From positions 58-64,057 of the forward strand of contig CBDTYM010000003.1 in the NCBI GenBank assembly GCA_965364605.1: 64,000 nt of DNA. Direction: 5' to 3'. The position numbers and the translations under genes were made by a program. The DNA comes from an uncultured Muriicola sp. Its GTDB lineage: Bacteria > Bacteroidota > Bacteroidia > Flavobacteriales > Flavobacteriaceae. Below are positions 27,965 to 37,570 of this stretch, in pieces (positions within the stretch are counted from its first letter, which is position 1; each line of letters opens with the position of its first letter). The notes beneath the pieces are model-generated. The model worked only from the letters and a program-made list of their open reading frames with translations. It was not told the DNA's origin and searched no databases.

Positions 27965-29103
27965 TAGGGGACGTATTCCACAATTTCCAGTCCGTAACCC
28001 ACGATACCAACGCGTTTGGTCCCCCCGCTATTGGTCAGGACCCGCATTTTACTGATGTTCAGGTCATGCAAGATCTGTGCTCCGATCCCGAAATCCTTGC
28101 TGTCCATATCGATGCCCGGGGCTTTCATAATACCCTTGGCCTGGTTTTCCTTTAAGCCTTTGAGCCTGTTCAGGAGGTTGAGGGATTCGCTGGTCTGATT
28201 GATAAAGACGATAGCCCCCGCCCCTTCATTGTTGATGGCCTGGAACATATCGTCCAGCTTCTTTTCGGCATTATTCGTCAGGGTGCCCAGGATGTCATTG
28301 TTGACCAGGGTGGAATTGATTCTGGTAAGAACGGGATCATTTCTTTTCCAGAATCCTTTGGTAAGTGCAATATGCACCTGTTCATTGGTTGTCTGCTGAT
28401 AAGCATGAAGGGTGAATTTCCCGAATCGCGTCTCTACATCAAAACACTCTTTCTTCACGATCAGGCTGTCGTGCTGCATGCGGTAGGCTACCAGGTCTTC
28501 TATGGAAATGAGTTTTAGGTCAAATTTCCTGGCTACTTCGGCCAGGTGCGGTAAACGCGCCATTGTTCCGTCCTCATTCAGGATCTCTACCAGGATCCCT
28601 GCAGGCTGGAATCCGGCCAGCCTTGCGAGGTCAACGGCAGCTTCGGTATGTCCTGTCCGCCTCAATACACCCCCGTTCTTTGCCCGCAGTGGAAAGATAT
28701 GTCCGGGCCTGCCCAGCTCATGGGGCTTTGTTTCCGGGTCGACAAGGGCTTTGATCGTTTTCGCTCTATCTTGAACGGAAATACCCGTGGTACACCCATG
28801 GCCGATAAGGTCAACTGAAACGGTAAATTGGGTGTGGTGCAGAACGGTATTATTCTGTACCATCATGGTGAGGTTGAGTTCCTCACACCGGGATTCGGTA
28901 AGGGGAGTGCAGATGAGTCCCCTTCCGTGTTTGGCCATAAAGTTGATCATCTCCGGGCTGGCCATTTCAGCAGCGGCTATAAAATCACCTTCATTCTCCC
29001 GATTTTCATCGTCCACTACAATAACCACCTTTCCCTGCCGGATGTCCTCTATGGCCTCTTCAATAGTATTCAGGACTATTTTCTTGTCTTTGCTTACCAT
29101 CAT
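27961..29103 (-). CDS. ribB: 3,4-dihydroxy-2-butanone-4-phosphate synthase with a degenerate GTP cyclohydrolase II-like C-terminal domain
   Basis: DHBP synthase motifs VVDDENRENEGDFI, GRGLICTPL and RTGHTEAAVDLARLAG. The C-terminal half is GCH-II-like but lacks the Zn-ligand cysteines. Confidence 0.9.
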   Translation of the reverse strand: MMVSKDKKIVLNTIEEAIEDIRQGKVVIVVDDENRENEGDFIAAAEMASPEMINFMAKHGRGLICTPLTESRCEELNLTMMVQNNTVLHHTQFTVSVDLIGHGCTTGISVQDRAKTIKALVDPETKPHELGRPGHIFPLRAKNGGVLRRTGHTEAAVDLARLAGFQPAGILVEILNEDGTMARLPHLAEVARKFDLKLISIEDLVAYRMQHDSLIVKKECFDVETRFGKFTLHAYQQTTNEQVHIALTKGFWKRNDPVLTRINSTLVNNDILGTLTNNAEKKLDDMFQAINNEGAGAIVFINQTSESLNLLNRLKGLKENQAKGIMKAPGIDMDSKDFGIGAQILHDLNISKMRVLTNSGGTKRVGIVGYGLEIVEYVPY

Positions 29104-30593
29104 GCGGTCTTTCGTTTAAACCTTTTGCGAAATGCTTCTGAGATCGTATCCCAAACGTGGCCAAAACTCATCAATCCTCGGTCTGCAGTCGCCCTTCGCG
29201 TCAGGAAAATGCCTAAAGGTAACATAATTAGCGTAGAGAGCCACGCACCCATCACGGGGTGGATGTTGCCTTCCTTAGCGTAATTCCCGGCAAATACTCC
29301 GATGAAATAATAGGCTAGGAAAAGCACAATCGCGATCACCATCGGCAGTCCGAGTCCGCCCTTCCTGATAATGGCACCCAGGGGTGCACCGACGAAGAAA
29401 AGAATGATACAGGAAAGGGCCAGGGCATATTTCTTATGGAGAGACAGGATGTGCATATTGTAAATCTTGTACTTATTCTGAATATCCTGCTTTTTACCCC
29501 CCACAGAATTCAGGATATTGGATACGGCGTTGGAGGCCGAGCTGATGATCTGTCGCCTTTGCCACTCCTGGTAGAGCCCCAGCACATCCGCCGTATTGCG
29601 GACAGGTTCTCCTGACTTTTTAATTGCCTGTACAGAATCAGCCTCTTCTTTATAGCTGGCCACCACCGCATTGGTTGTGTCCTTTTCCGAAAGCGGAATA
29701 AAGGCGCCCATCCTCGCCACAATATTTTTGGAAAATGCCCCGACGACGGTCAGATTGTTCTCCCGTATAGAATCGATATCCTTTTGGAGTCTGGATATAT
29801 TCTTCATTTTGTCCGTCCTGATGTTTCGCTCTTCTTCGAGGTCCTGGTCGTTTTCGGGCACTTCGATATTGATGGTATAGGTTTCGAAGTTGGCCTTCGC
29901 AAAAGGGAAGTGCTTGCGTTCTTCTGCAGAATTAGGTACGAGCTCTTCGTAATAATAACCATCTGAAAGGACCAGCTGTATGATGTCTGATTCCTCACTG
30001 CTGATCAGTTCACCTGCATTGGCCTTGATAACAGTGTTGTTTTTCTGGAGGTTCGATTTCTTGTGGATGATTACGTTGTTCAGGTACTTGTCATTTTCCC
30101 CGTATTTATTGTCGACCTTGATATTCATTCCTTCGAAATCGCTGAAAACTCCTTCCTCGATTACGGCAGCTGGTTTTACCTTTGCGATATTTCTGCGGAG
30201 GTTGTAAATCTTTTGTTCCGAGGCCGGGATGACTGTATTTGCAAAGTAAAAGGTAACTCCGCCCAGGAAGGTGACCAGGATGATCAGGCTGAGCATGGAG
30301 CGCTGGAGGGAGATGCCGGAAGCCTTCATGGCGGCAAATTCGTAGTTCTCGGCAAGGGCCCCGAAAGTCAGGATGGAGGAGAGCAAGACGGTCAGGGGTA
30401 AGACCTTCTCGGTCAGGTTGGGCATCAGGTAAAACAGGAATTTTCCGATAATGATGATGTCGAGACCCTTACCCGCTATGTCATCAATAAATAGCCAGAT
30501 CGTCTGGAAGATAAAGATGAACATCAATATCACAAACGAACTCAGGAAGTTGTAGAGAAACCGACTGAGAATGTACTGGTCTAGGATCCGCAA
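29100..30593 (-). CDS. LptF/LptG-family (YjgP/YjgQ) LPS export permease
   Basis: N-terminus MRILDQYILSRFLYNFLSSFVILMFIFIFQ, a large periplasmic insert and C-terminal TM helices. The stop overlaps the ribB start (ATGA). Confidence 0.85.
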   Translation of the reverse strand: MRILDQYILSRFLYNFLSSFVILMFIFIFQTIWLFIDDIAGKGLDIIIIGKFLFYLMPNLTEKVLPLTVLLSSILTFGALAENYEFAAMKASGISLQRSMLSLIILVTFLGGVTFYFANTVIPASEQKIYNLRRNIAKVKPAAVIEEGVFSDFEGMNIKVDNKYGENDKYLNNVIIHKKSNLQKNNTVIKANAGELISSEESDIIQLVLSDGYYYEELVPNSAEERKHFPFAKANFETYTINIEVPENDQDLEEERNIRTDKMKNISRLQKDIDSIRENNLTVVGAFSKNIVARMGAFIPLSEKDTTNAVVASYKEEADSVQAIKKSGEPVRNTADVLGLYQEWQRRQIISSASNAVSNILNSVGGKKQDIQNKYKIYNMHILSLHKKYALALSCIILFFVGAPLGAIIRKGGLGLPMVIAIVLFLAYYFIGVFAGNYAKEGNIHPVMGAWLSTLIMLPLGIFLTRRATADRGLMSFGHVWDTISEAFRKRFKRKTA

Positions 30594-30597
30594 GGCG

Positions 30598-31242
30598 CTA
30601 GTTTCTTATGATATAGTACCCTTCGTCCTCGTATTTGGACTCATCAAAAGTAAACAAGGTTTTAGACAACGGCTGGTTGGTTTTAAAAGAATTAACAGTA
30701 ATGGTGGTCTTGGTGCCGTTATTTCCGGTCTCGATCAGTTTGTAGATGTGCTTGGTCTGGGCATCGATCCCCAGGAGGATATACGCGATCTCCGAATTAG
30801 AGTCTATTGGGGTGAGTTTTACGTACTGTATCTTCCGCCCCTGCACGTTCTGCAGGATATCCCAGGCGTAGTTGTACCCCTTTTTGTAAAAGGTGAGCAG
30901 TTTGGAAGGGGTGATGGTATTCTCATCATCAGGTTGGTCTTCTATGGTCACTTCCTCGTTTTCAGGGACCACCGTATATACCTTCTTCCCGTCAAATAAT
31001 TGCTGGGACCCAAGGTAGTTAAAGAGGTATTTTTCTCCCTGCAGGGTGACATCTCCCCGCGTTTCCTGGTTGATATTCGCCTCTTTGTTCTCCAGGGTAT
31101 ACTTAAAAGTCACCTCGATATTGTCATAGGCCTGAACCTTATTGTAAACCTCGTCCAACAGTGCTTTCGCCTTTGCGGCATCCTGGGTGAACCCGGTTTG
31201 GGCCACCAAAGGGAGGACTAGTAATGCAATGATTTTTTTCAT
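30598..31242 (-). CDS. lolA: Outer-membrane lipoprotein carrier protein LolA-like
   Basis: Signal peptide MKKIIALLVLPLVAQTGFTQ. Size and position immediately downstream of ftsK fit lolA. An alternative ATG at 31257 would overlap ftsK by 14 nt. Confidence 0.75.
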   Translation of the reverse strand: MKKIIALLVLPLVAQTGFTQDAAKAKALLDEVYNKVQAYDNIEVTFKYTLENKEANINQETRGDVTLQGEKYLFNYLGSQQLFDGKKVYTVVPENEEVTIEDQPDDENTITPSKLLTFYKKGYNYAWDILQNVQGRKIQYVKLTPIDSNSEIAYILLGIDAQTKHIYKLIETGNNGTKTTITVNSFKTNQPLSKTLFTFDESKYEDEGYYIIRN

Positions 31243-31243
31243 G

Positions 31244-33598
31244 TTATTTGGTTTCATCGTTCAACATTTTTTCCAGGGTCACCATGTCGGGTACAAGGAC
31301 GGTACGGGCCTTGCTTCCTTCAAAAGGGCCTACGATCCCGGCAGCCTCCAGCTGGTCTATGATGCGCCCGGCCCGGTTATAACCCAGTTTCAGCTTTCGC
31401 TGTATCAGGGAAGCTGATCCCTGCTGGGCCGTGACGATCACTTCCGCAGCGTCCCGGAACATAGCGTCCCGGTCTTCAATATCGTAATCAATACCTGTGC
31501 CAGAATCCTCTCCGGAATACTCCGGTAACAGGTGAGCACTGGCGTATCCTCTCTGGGACCCTATAAATTCCGTGATCTTCGCTACTTCCGGGGTGTCCAC
31601 AAAGGCGCACTGAATCCGGGTGATGTCATTCCCCTGTGTGAACAGCATGTCACCCCGCCCGATTAACTGGTCGGCTCCCTGGAAGTCCAGGATGGTGCGG
31701 GAATCGATTTTAGAGGTTACCCTGAAGGCGATACGCGCCGGGAAGTTCGCTTTGATGATACCTGTGATCACGTTCACGGAGGGACGCTGGGTAGCAATGA
31801 TCAGGTGGATGCCAATGGCTCGCGCGAGTTGCGCCAGTCTGGCGATAGGTGTTTCCACCTCCTTGCCGGCGGTCATGATCAGGTCGGCGAATTCATCGAT
31901 CACCAAAACGATGTAGGGCAGATAGGTATGACCGTCATTGGGATTGAGCTTTCTGGCCTTGAACTTGGCATTGTATTCCTTGATGTTCCGCACCATGGCC
32001 AGCTTGAGCAATTCGTACCGGTTATCCATCTCTATACAGAGTGAATTCAAGGTGTGGATCACCTTGGTGTTGTCCGTGATAATAGCTTCTTCCGAATCCG
32101 GTAATTTGGCCAGGTAATGCCGTTCGATCTTGTTATAGAGCGTGAGTTCTACTTTTTTAGGGTCGACGAGGATAAATTTCACCTCCGCCGGATGTTTTTT
32201 GTACAAAAGGGAGGTCAGGACGGCGTTAAGGCCCACCGATTTTCCCTGTCCGGTGGCCCCTGCCATCAACAGGTGGGGCATTTTTGCCAGATCCACCACA
32301 AAGGTTTCGTTGCTGATGGTCTTGCCAAAGGCGATGGGCAGCTGCATTTCGGCCTTCTGGAATTTGCTGGAGGCTATGACCGAACGCATAGACACCGTAG
32401 TCGCATTTTTGTTGGGCACCTCAATACCTATGGTCCCTTTTCCCGGGATGGGTGCGATAATGCGTATTCCAAGGGCAGCGAGAGAGAGAGCGATATCGTC
32501 TTCCAGGTTCTTGATCTTGGATATACGGATACCGGCTTCAGGAACGATCTCGTATAGGGTGACCGTGGGGCCGATCGTCGCCTTGATCTGGGCGATCCCG
32601 ATCTTGTAGTTCTTTAGCGTATCGACGATCTTGTTTTTGTTCTCCTCCAGTTCTTCCTGATTGATGGTGATCCCTCCGGTTGAGCCATGCGCATCGAGCA
32701 GGTCCAGATGGGGAAATTTATAGTTGCTCAGTTCCAGGGTTGGGTCGAACTCGCCAAAATCGGCCACCAGCTTATCTGATAACAGGTCGCTTTCCTCTTT
32801 TTCCTCGGCCACGGTATTGACCTCCATGGCGATCTCGTCCTCAGGAGGTTCTTCTTTCATGTCAGCCGGTTCTTTCCCGGCCGCCTCGTCTTGAAGGTGG
32901 GGAATGTCCTTTTTGTGCGTGTAGGTGTCTATGACCACATCCTCCTCTTCCTCTGAAAGGAGTGACTCGTGCTCCTCGGATTGCTTCTTTTTAAAATCAG
33001 AGGCGATAGAAGCCGACTTGCTTTTGAAGAAACGGGCTATGCCTTCCGGGGTGAGCTTAAAAAGCCTGACCAAAATGACGGTGAGCATAAACAGAAGGAT
33101 CAGGAACACCCCGATCTTTCCGGTGTAATCCTGCAGGAAATCATTCATCTCATAACCTACAAGGCCGCCAAGAAGGGGCTGGGTCTGGGCGAAAAATCCC
33201 AGGGCGACGGAGATCCAGATCAGCAGGAGAAGTCCCCATATCCATTTACTCCACAAGTTCTTTACCGGAAGGCTCAGGAAAAGGTAGAGGCCTGTCAGGC
33301 ACATGAGAAAGGGCAGGATAAAGGAAGCCAGGCCAAATCCCCTGTACATGATGTAGTGGCTGACACTGGCGCCGAACTTATTCAGCAGGTTCCGGGCCTG
33401 TTCATTTCTGTTGGCGAACTCCGTCAGGAGGCTCTGGTCGTCCTGCCAGGTGAAATAAAAGGAGATGAAGGAAAAGAACAAGGCTATGCTCAAAAAGATC
33501 AACAGGCTGCCCACGATGATCTTATTCTGTCTGGAGAGCCTGAGGCTTCGTTTATTTTTTGCGGTCGTGGATTTGGACTTTTTCTTCTTGGTCGCCAT
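31244..33598 (-). CDS. ftsK: DNA translocase FtsK
   Basis: N-terminal TM helices, an acidic linker, Walker A GATGQGKS, Walker B VLVIDEFADL, and the C-terminal gamma domain ASLIQRKLKLGYNRAGRIIDQLE. Confidence 0.95.
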   Translation of the reverse strand: MATKKKKSKSTTAKNKRSLRLSRQNKIIVGSLLIFLSIALFFSFISFYFTWQDDQSLLTEFANRNEQARNLLNKFGASVSHYIMYRGFGLASFILPFLMCLTGLYLFLSLPVKNLWSKWIWGLLLLIWISVALGFFAQTQPLLGGLVGYEMNDFLQDYTGKIGVFLILLFMLTVILVRLFKLTPEGIARFFKSKSASIASDFKKKQSEEHESLLSEEEEDVVIDTYTHKKDIPHLQDEAAGKEPADMKEEPPEDEIAMEVNTVAEEKEESDLLSDKLVADFGEFDPTLELSNYKFPHLDLLDAHGSTGGITINQEELEENKNKIVDTLKNYKIGIAQIKATIGPTVTLYEIVPEAGIRISKIKNLEDDIALSLAALGIRIIAPIPGKGTIGIEVPNKNATTVSMRSVIASSKFQKAEMQLPIAFGKTISNETFVVDLAKMPHLLMAGATGQGKSVGLNAVLTSLLYKKHPAEVKFILVDPKKVELTLYNKIERHYLAKLPDSEEAIITDNTKVIHTLNSLCIEMDNRYELLKLAMVRNIKEYNAKFKARKLNPNDGHTYLPYIVLVIDEFADLIMTAGKEVETPIARLAQLARAIGIHLIIATQRPSVNVITGIIKANFPARIAFRVTSKIDSRTILDFQGADQLIGRGDMLFTQGNDITRIQCAFVDTPEVAKITEFIGSQRGYASAHLLPEYSGEDSGTGIDYDIEDRDAMFRDAAEVIVTAQQGSASLIQRKLKLGYNRAGRIIDQLEAAGIVGPFEGSKARTVLVPDMVTLEKMLNDETK

Positions 33599-33661
33599 TA
33601 ATGCAAGCAGTTCATGGTGTAAAAATACAAATTTAGAGAGGATGCCGGGGCGGTAATCCTT

Positions 33662-34027
33662 TTAAAAAATTCGGGGCACATAGATGATCAGGCCAACGGC
33701 GACCGCAGCTATGGCGGCCCACATGACGGCTCCTGCAGAAACGTCCTTGATAAAACCGATCCTGGGATCCTGACGCGGCTGGATGTAGTCTGCCATCTTC
33801 TCCACAGCCGTATTCACTCCTTCTATACCCATGACCAGCCCGATCGCCAGCGTTTGCACCATCCACTCTACGGCCGATATACCAAAATAGAAGCCGGCAG
33901 CCGTAACGGCAAGAGCGATGAAAAACTGAATCTGGATGCTCTTTTCGGTACGCAGCAGGAGAAAGGCACCTTTCAGGGCGTAATAAAAACCCAGGAAGCG
34001 ATCTTTGAAAAAAGATTCTTCAGCCAT
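33662..34027 (-). CDS. dgkA: Diacylglycerol kinase family (DgkA; possibly undecaprenol kinase)
   Basis: 121 aa with 3 TM helices and IEGVNTAVEKMADYI (the E..N.A.E motif). ATG at 34027 overlaps the tpx stop by 8 nt. Confidence 0.85.
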   Translation of the reverse strand: MAEESFFKDRFLGFYYALKGAFLLLRTEKSIQIQFFIALAVTAAGFYFGISAVEWMVQTLAIGLVMGIEGVNTAVEKMADYIQPRQDPRIGFIKDVSAGAVMWAAIAAVAVGLIIYVPRIF

Positions 34028-34526
34028 GTTGCAAGGCCTGGAGGGCGGTTTTGTAATTGGGTTCATTTCCGATATTCTCCACCATTTCAGTGTGGACAAT
34101 CTCACCTTTTGAATTGATGACGACAACCGCTCTTGCCAAAAGACCTTCGAAAGGGCCGTCTTTGAAACGCAACCCGTAGCTTTCAGAGAATCCTTTGTCT
34201 ATGAAATCGCTTAGCATGTGTACGCGGTCTATGCCTTCAGCCCCGCAAAACCGACTTTGGGCAAAGGGCAGGTCTTTGGAAATGCAAAGGATGACCGTCT
34301 CGTCCAGATCGGCCGCCAATCTGTTGAATTCCCGAACAGACTGGGCACAGGTGCCGGTATCTACAGAAGGGAAAATATTGAGAACGATCTTTTTCCCGGA
34401 GTAATCGGCGAGAGTAGCCTGTGAAAGATCGAGTTTGGTGAGTCTGAAGTCCGGGGCGACACTACCCGTCTCGGGTAATTCTCCCACAGTTCTTGCAGTA
34501 GTTCCGGTGAATTTGATCTGGGCCAT
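34020..34526 (-). CDS. tpx: Thiol peroxidase
   Basis: FPSVDTGTCAQSVREFN (peroxidatic Cys context) and SKDLPFAQSRFCGAEG (resolving Cys). Confidence 0.93.
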   Translation of the reverse strand: MAQIKFTGTTARTVGELPETGSVAPDFRLTKLDLSQATLADYSGKKIVLNIFPSVDTGTCAQSVREFNRLAADLDETVILCISKDLPFAQSRFCGAEGIDRVHMLSDFIDKGFSESYGLRFKDGPFEGLLARAVVVINSKGEIVHTEMVENIGNEPNYKTALQALQHG

Positions 34527-34633
34527 AAAGAGTAGATTGTTTACGGCCCGAAAATAGGAAATTTAAGGGGTTTTCTGCAACGGATTTTTACCCTAATCGG
34601 GTCGCCTCGCCAGATTCTTATGTCTTCCTGAAA

Positions 34634-36121
34634 TTATACCGCTGGGCTTTTTGTCAGTTGTTTGATTTTGATCTTCAGGGCGGCAAAGGTCAGGGTCATC
34701 ATCGGACTCAGCCAATTAAAGATGGCGTAGACGAAGTACTCGGCAACACTGACCCCAAGCACCCCACTGTGGTATGCCCCACAGGTGTTCCAGGGGATGA
34801 GGACGGAGGTTACCGTTCCGGAGTCCTCCAGGGTCCGACTCAGATTTTCGGGTGCCAGTCCGCGATCCTCGTAGGCCTTAGCAAACATTTTGCCCGGCAC
34901 CACAATGGCGAGGTACTGGTCAGATGCCGTGATATTCAGAGCGATACAACTACCCACGGTACTGGCAAAAAGTCCGAAGGCAGTCTTGGCCAGCGACAGA
35001 AGGGATTTGGTAATCCTGGAAAGGGCCCCGATCCCATCCATGATCCCACCAAAAACCATGGCACAAATGATGAGCCATATGGTACCCAGCATCCCGTACA
35101 TCCCATTAGCGGAGAACAGCTCGTTCAGGGCCGGATTATCCGTGGCGATGGAAGTTTCCACCGTGATGGCATTGAGAATTCCCTTGTAACCGGATTCGAA
35201 TGTGAGCTCGCTGGCGCCGGTGAGTCCGGCTACGATCTCGGGCTGAAAGATCAGGGCGAAGAATCCTCCCAAAAGGGTGCCAATGAGGAGGGCCATCAGC
35301 GGAGGGGCTTTTTTTACGATAAGAAAAATGACCGCGACAGGTACAATGAACAACCAGCCATTGATCGTAAAGGTGTTATCAATTGAGGAAAGTATGCTGG
35401 CCGTATCTGCGACGCCCGTGGTCTCCAGGTTCAGACCGATAATGATAAATACCAGCAGGGTCACGGAAATGGTGGGTACGGTAGTGAAGGTCATATACCG
35501 GATATGACTGAATAGATCACCCCCGGCCATGGCTGGTGCCAGATTGGTAGTATCGGACAAAGGAGACATCTTGTCCCCGAAATACGCCCCGGACAGAACA
35601 GCGCCGGCGGTCATGCCGAGGGAAATGCCCAGGGCCTCACCTATGCCGATCAAGGCTATTCCCACGGTGGCGGCCGTCGTCCAGCTGCTACCGGTGGCTA
35701 TGGAAATGATGGCACATATGACTACACAGGCCGCCAGGAAGATTGTAGGATTCAGGATCTGAAGGCCGTAATAGATCATGGCAGGAATGATACCACTGAC
35801 CAGCCAGGTACCCGCCAGGGCACCAACCATCAGCAGAATAAGGATAGCTCCCGTTGTCGATTTTACGTTTTCCGCCACTTCGGCAATCATCTGCTTGTAG
35901 GAGACCTTGTTGAAAAAGCCGACTATGGCTGCCACGGCACCTCCCATGAGAAGGATGAATTGGTTGGAGCCGCTGATAGCGTTATCTCCGAAGACGTAAA
36001 CGTTATAGGCCAGCATGCCCACCAGGGCGATCACAGGGATCAGAGCTTCCCAGATGTTCAGCTCTTTGTTATCGACGATATGTTCATTTTCCCTGTGTGC
36101 ATTGGATTTTTTGGCCGCCAT
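34634..36121 (-). CDS. NhaC-family transporter (Na+/H+ antiporter-like; substrate unknown)
   Basis: About 12 TM helices, with the typical NhaC blocks GAILILLMVGALAGTWLVSGIIP and SGTVTSVLIPWNTCGAY. Confidence 0.88.
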   Translation of the reverse strand: MAAKKSNAHRENEHIVDNKELNIWEALIPVIALVGMLAYNVYVFGDNAISGSNQFILLMGGAVAAIVGFFNKVSYKQMIAEVAENVKSTTGAILILLMVGALAGTWLVSGIIPAMIYYGLQILNPTIFLAACVVICAIISIATGSSWTTAATVGIALIGIGEALGISLGMTAGAVLSGAYFGDKMSPLSDTTNLAPAMAGGDLFSHIRYMTFTTVPTISVTLLVFIIIGLNLETTGVADTASILSSIDNTFTINGWLFIVPVAVIFLIVKKAPPLMALLIGTLLGGFFALIFQPEIVAGLTGASELTFESGYKGILNAITVETSIATDNPALNELFSANGMYGMLGTIWLIICAMVFGGIMDGIGALSRITKSLLSLAKTAFGLFASTVGSCIALNITASDQYLAIVVPGKMFAKAYEDRGLAPENLSRTLEDSGTVTSVLIPWNTCGAYHSGVLGVSVAEYFVYAIFNWLSPMMTLTFAALKIKIKQLTKSPAV

Positions 36122-36191
36122 CTACCGAGGTTTAGATTGAGGGTAATATTACAATTTTAACAACGGTTGTGCAAACCCGGACAGCGGGGTG

Positions 36192-37412
36192 CTAGGCAGA
36201 AACTGTGTCCGTAGTCAGTATCCCCAGTTCTTCCATACAGGCTTTCATCAGGGTGTAGGTACGGTGGATGTCATTATCCAGTCCGATGGAAAAACGGATG
36301 AGACCATCGGAGAGACCCATTTCCTTTTGTTCCTCTTCTGGTATTTCGGATGAGGTCGATGTCCCCGGGGCACTGAATAATGTTTTATAAAAGCCCAGAC
36401 TGACAGCCAGATACCCAAGATTCTTCTTTTGCATGAGCTCCATGAGTTTATTGGCATTCTCAAGACTACCCACGTCTATGGTCAATATTCCCCCGTAACC
36501 AAATTCGGAGGTGATCTGCTTTTTCATCAGTTCGTGGCCGGCGTGAGAGGGCAGTCCGGGATAGACCACACGAAGGCCGTCCGCTTCAAATTGTTGTGCA
36601 AGGTAGAGCGCATTTTCACTGTGTTTTTTCATCCGGATATGCAAGGTTCGCATATTCTTTAGGATGGAGGCAGCTCTAAGGCTGTCGAGAGTACTTCCCA
36701 GGAGCATGCCCGCCCCGCTGTTGACGTCTTTCAGGGAGAGGCAAAATTCCTTAGTGCCACAGACTACCCCGGCCACGCAGTCGCTGGTCCCATTGATGAA
36801 TTTGGTCAGGCTGTGGATCACCACATCCGCACCCAACTTCGATGGGGAAATGGACAGGGGGGAGAACGTATTGTCAACGACAAGAGGTATGTTGTATTTC
36901 CTGGCCAGTTTCGAAAGGGCTTTGATGTCTGCCACTTCCAGCAGGGGGTTGCTCACCGATTCGCAGTAGAGCAACTTGGTATCCGGTTTGATGGCTTTCT
37001 CCACAGCTTCCAGGGAAGTAATATCCACGAAGGAGGTGCTGATGTCAAATTTCCTGAGGAAGTTCTTCATAAAGGCATAGGTCCCCCCATAAATCGTCCT
37101 GCTGCTGACCATATGATCCCCGGCATTGCAGAGTTGAAGGATCACAGCTGTAATGGCCCCCATTCCGCTGGCCGTTACATTCGCCGTCTCCGTGGCCTCC
37201 AGCGCTGCCAGGGCTTCTCCCAGGTACAGGTTGGAGGGTGACGAATGCCTGCTGTACAAATAGCACCCCTCGGTATTGCCTTCAAAGGTGTCGAACATTG
37301 TTTTGGCTGAAAGAAAGGTGTAAGTAGAGGAGTCCGAGATGGATGGGTTTACACCCCCGAACTCTCCAAAATTATGGAGTTCCTGTATTTTGTCTGTCGG
37401 CTTATGGCTCAT
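36192..37412 (-). CDS. Cys/Met-metabolism PLP-dependent enzyme (gamma family; methionine gamma-lyase / cystathionine gamma-synthase-like)
   Basis: YSRHSSPS, ASGMGAI, VVDNTFSP and the PLP-Lys context HSLTKFINGTSD. Collinear with P. putida MGL as I remember it. Confidence 0.85.
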   Translation of the reverse strand: MSHKPTDKIQELHNFGEFGGVNPSISDSSTYTFLSAKTMFDTFEGNTEGCYLYSRHSSPSNLYLGEALAALEATETANVTASGMGAITAVILQLCNAGDHMVSSRTIYGGTYAFMKNFLRKFDISTSFVDITSLEAVEKAIKPDTKLLYCESVSNPLLEVADIKALSKLARKYNIPLVVDNTFSPLSISPSKLGADVVIHSLTKFINGTSDCVAGVVCGTKEFCLSLKDVNSGAGMLLGSTLDSLRAASILKNMRTLHIRMKKHSENALYLAQQFEADGLRVVYPGLPSHAGHELMKKQITSEFGYGGILTIDVGSLENANKLMELMQKKNLGYLAVSLGFYKTLFSAPGTSTSSEIPEEEQKEMGLSDGLIRFSIGLDNDIHRTYTLMKACMEELGILTTDTVSA

Positions 37413-37570
37413 GGTGAAATCAGTTGTTTATTTCTATAAAAGTACAAAGCATTAGATAAAATATCAATGTTTAATTATAATAACAGAAAAATAATCTATA
37501 TTTATTTATATTAGTAGAAAATATAATTAGAAGTTGTCTCTCATTGCCACTTCTTCCGAATCTGAATCCG

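Noticed and set aside
29104-29200. FMN riboswitch upstream of ribB
   Set aside because: The ribB start overlaps the stop of the lptF/G-like gene. The upstream sequence is coding, so there is no room for a leader.
32969-33601. 210-aa ORF on the + strand
   Set aside because: It is antisense to the ftsK 5' region. The translation is highly charged and low-complexity.
34658-35386. 242-aa ORF on the + strand
   Set aside because: It is antisense to the NhaC-family transporter. The translation is Gly/Asp/His-rich, and no start context or domain is visible.
37413-37570. SAM riboswitch or other leader upstream of the methionine-gamma-lyase-like gene
   Set aside because: The spacer is very AT-rich, with no GC-rich helices typical of SAM-I/II/IV folds. 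It is better explained as a divergent Lrp-type promoter/operator region.
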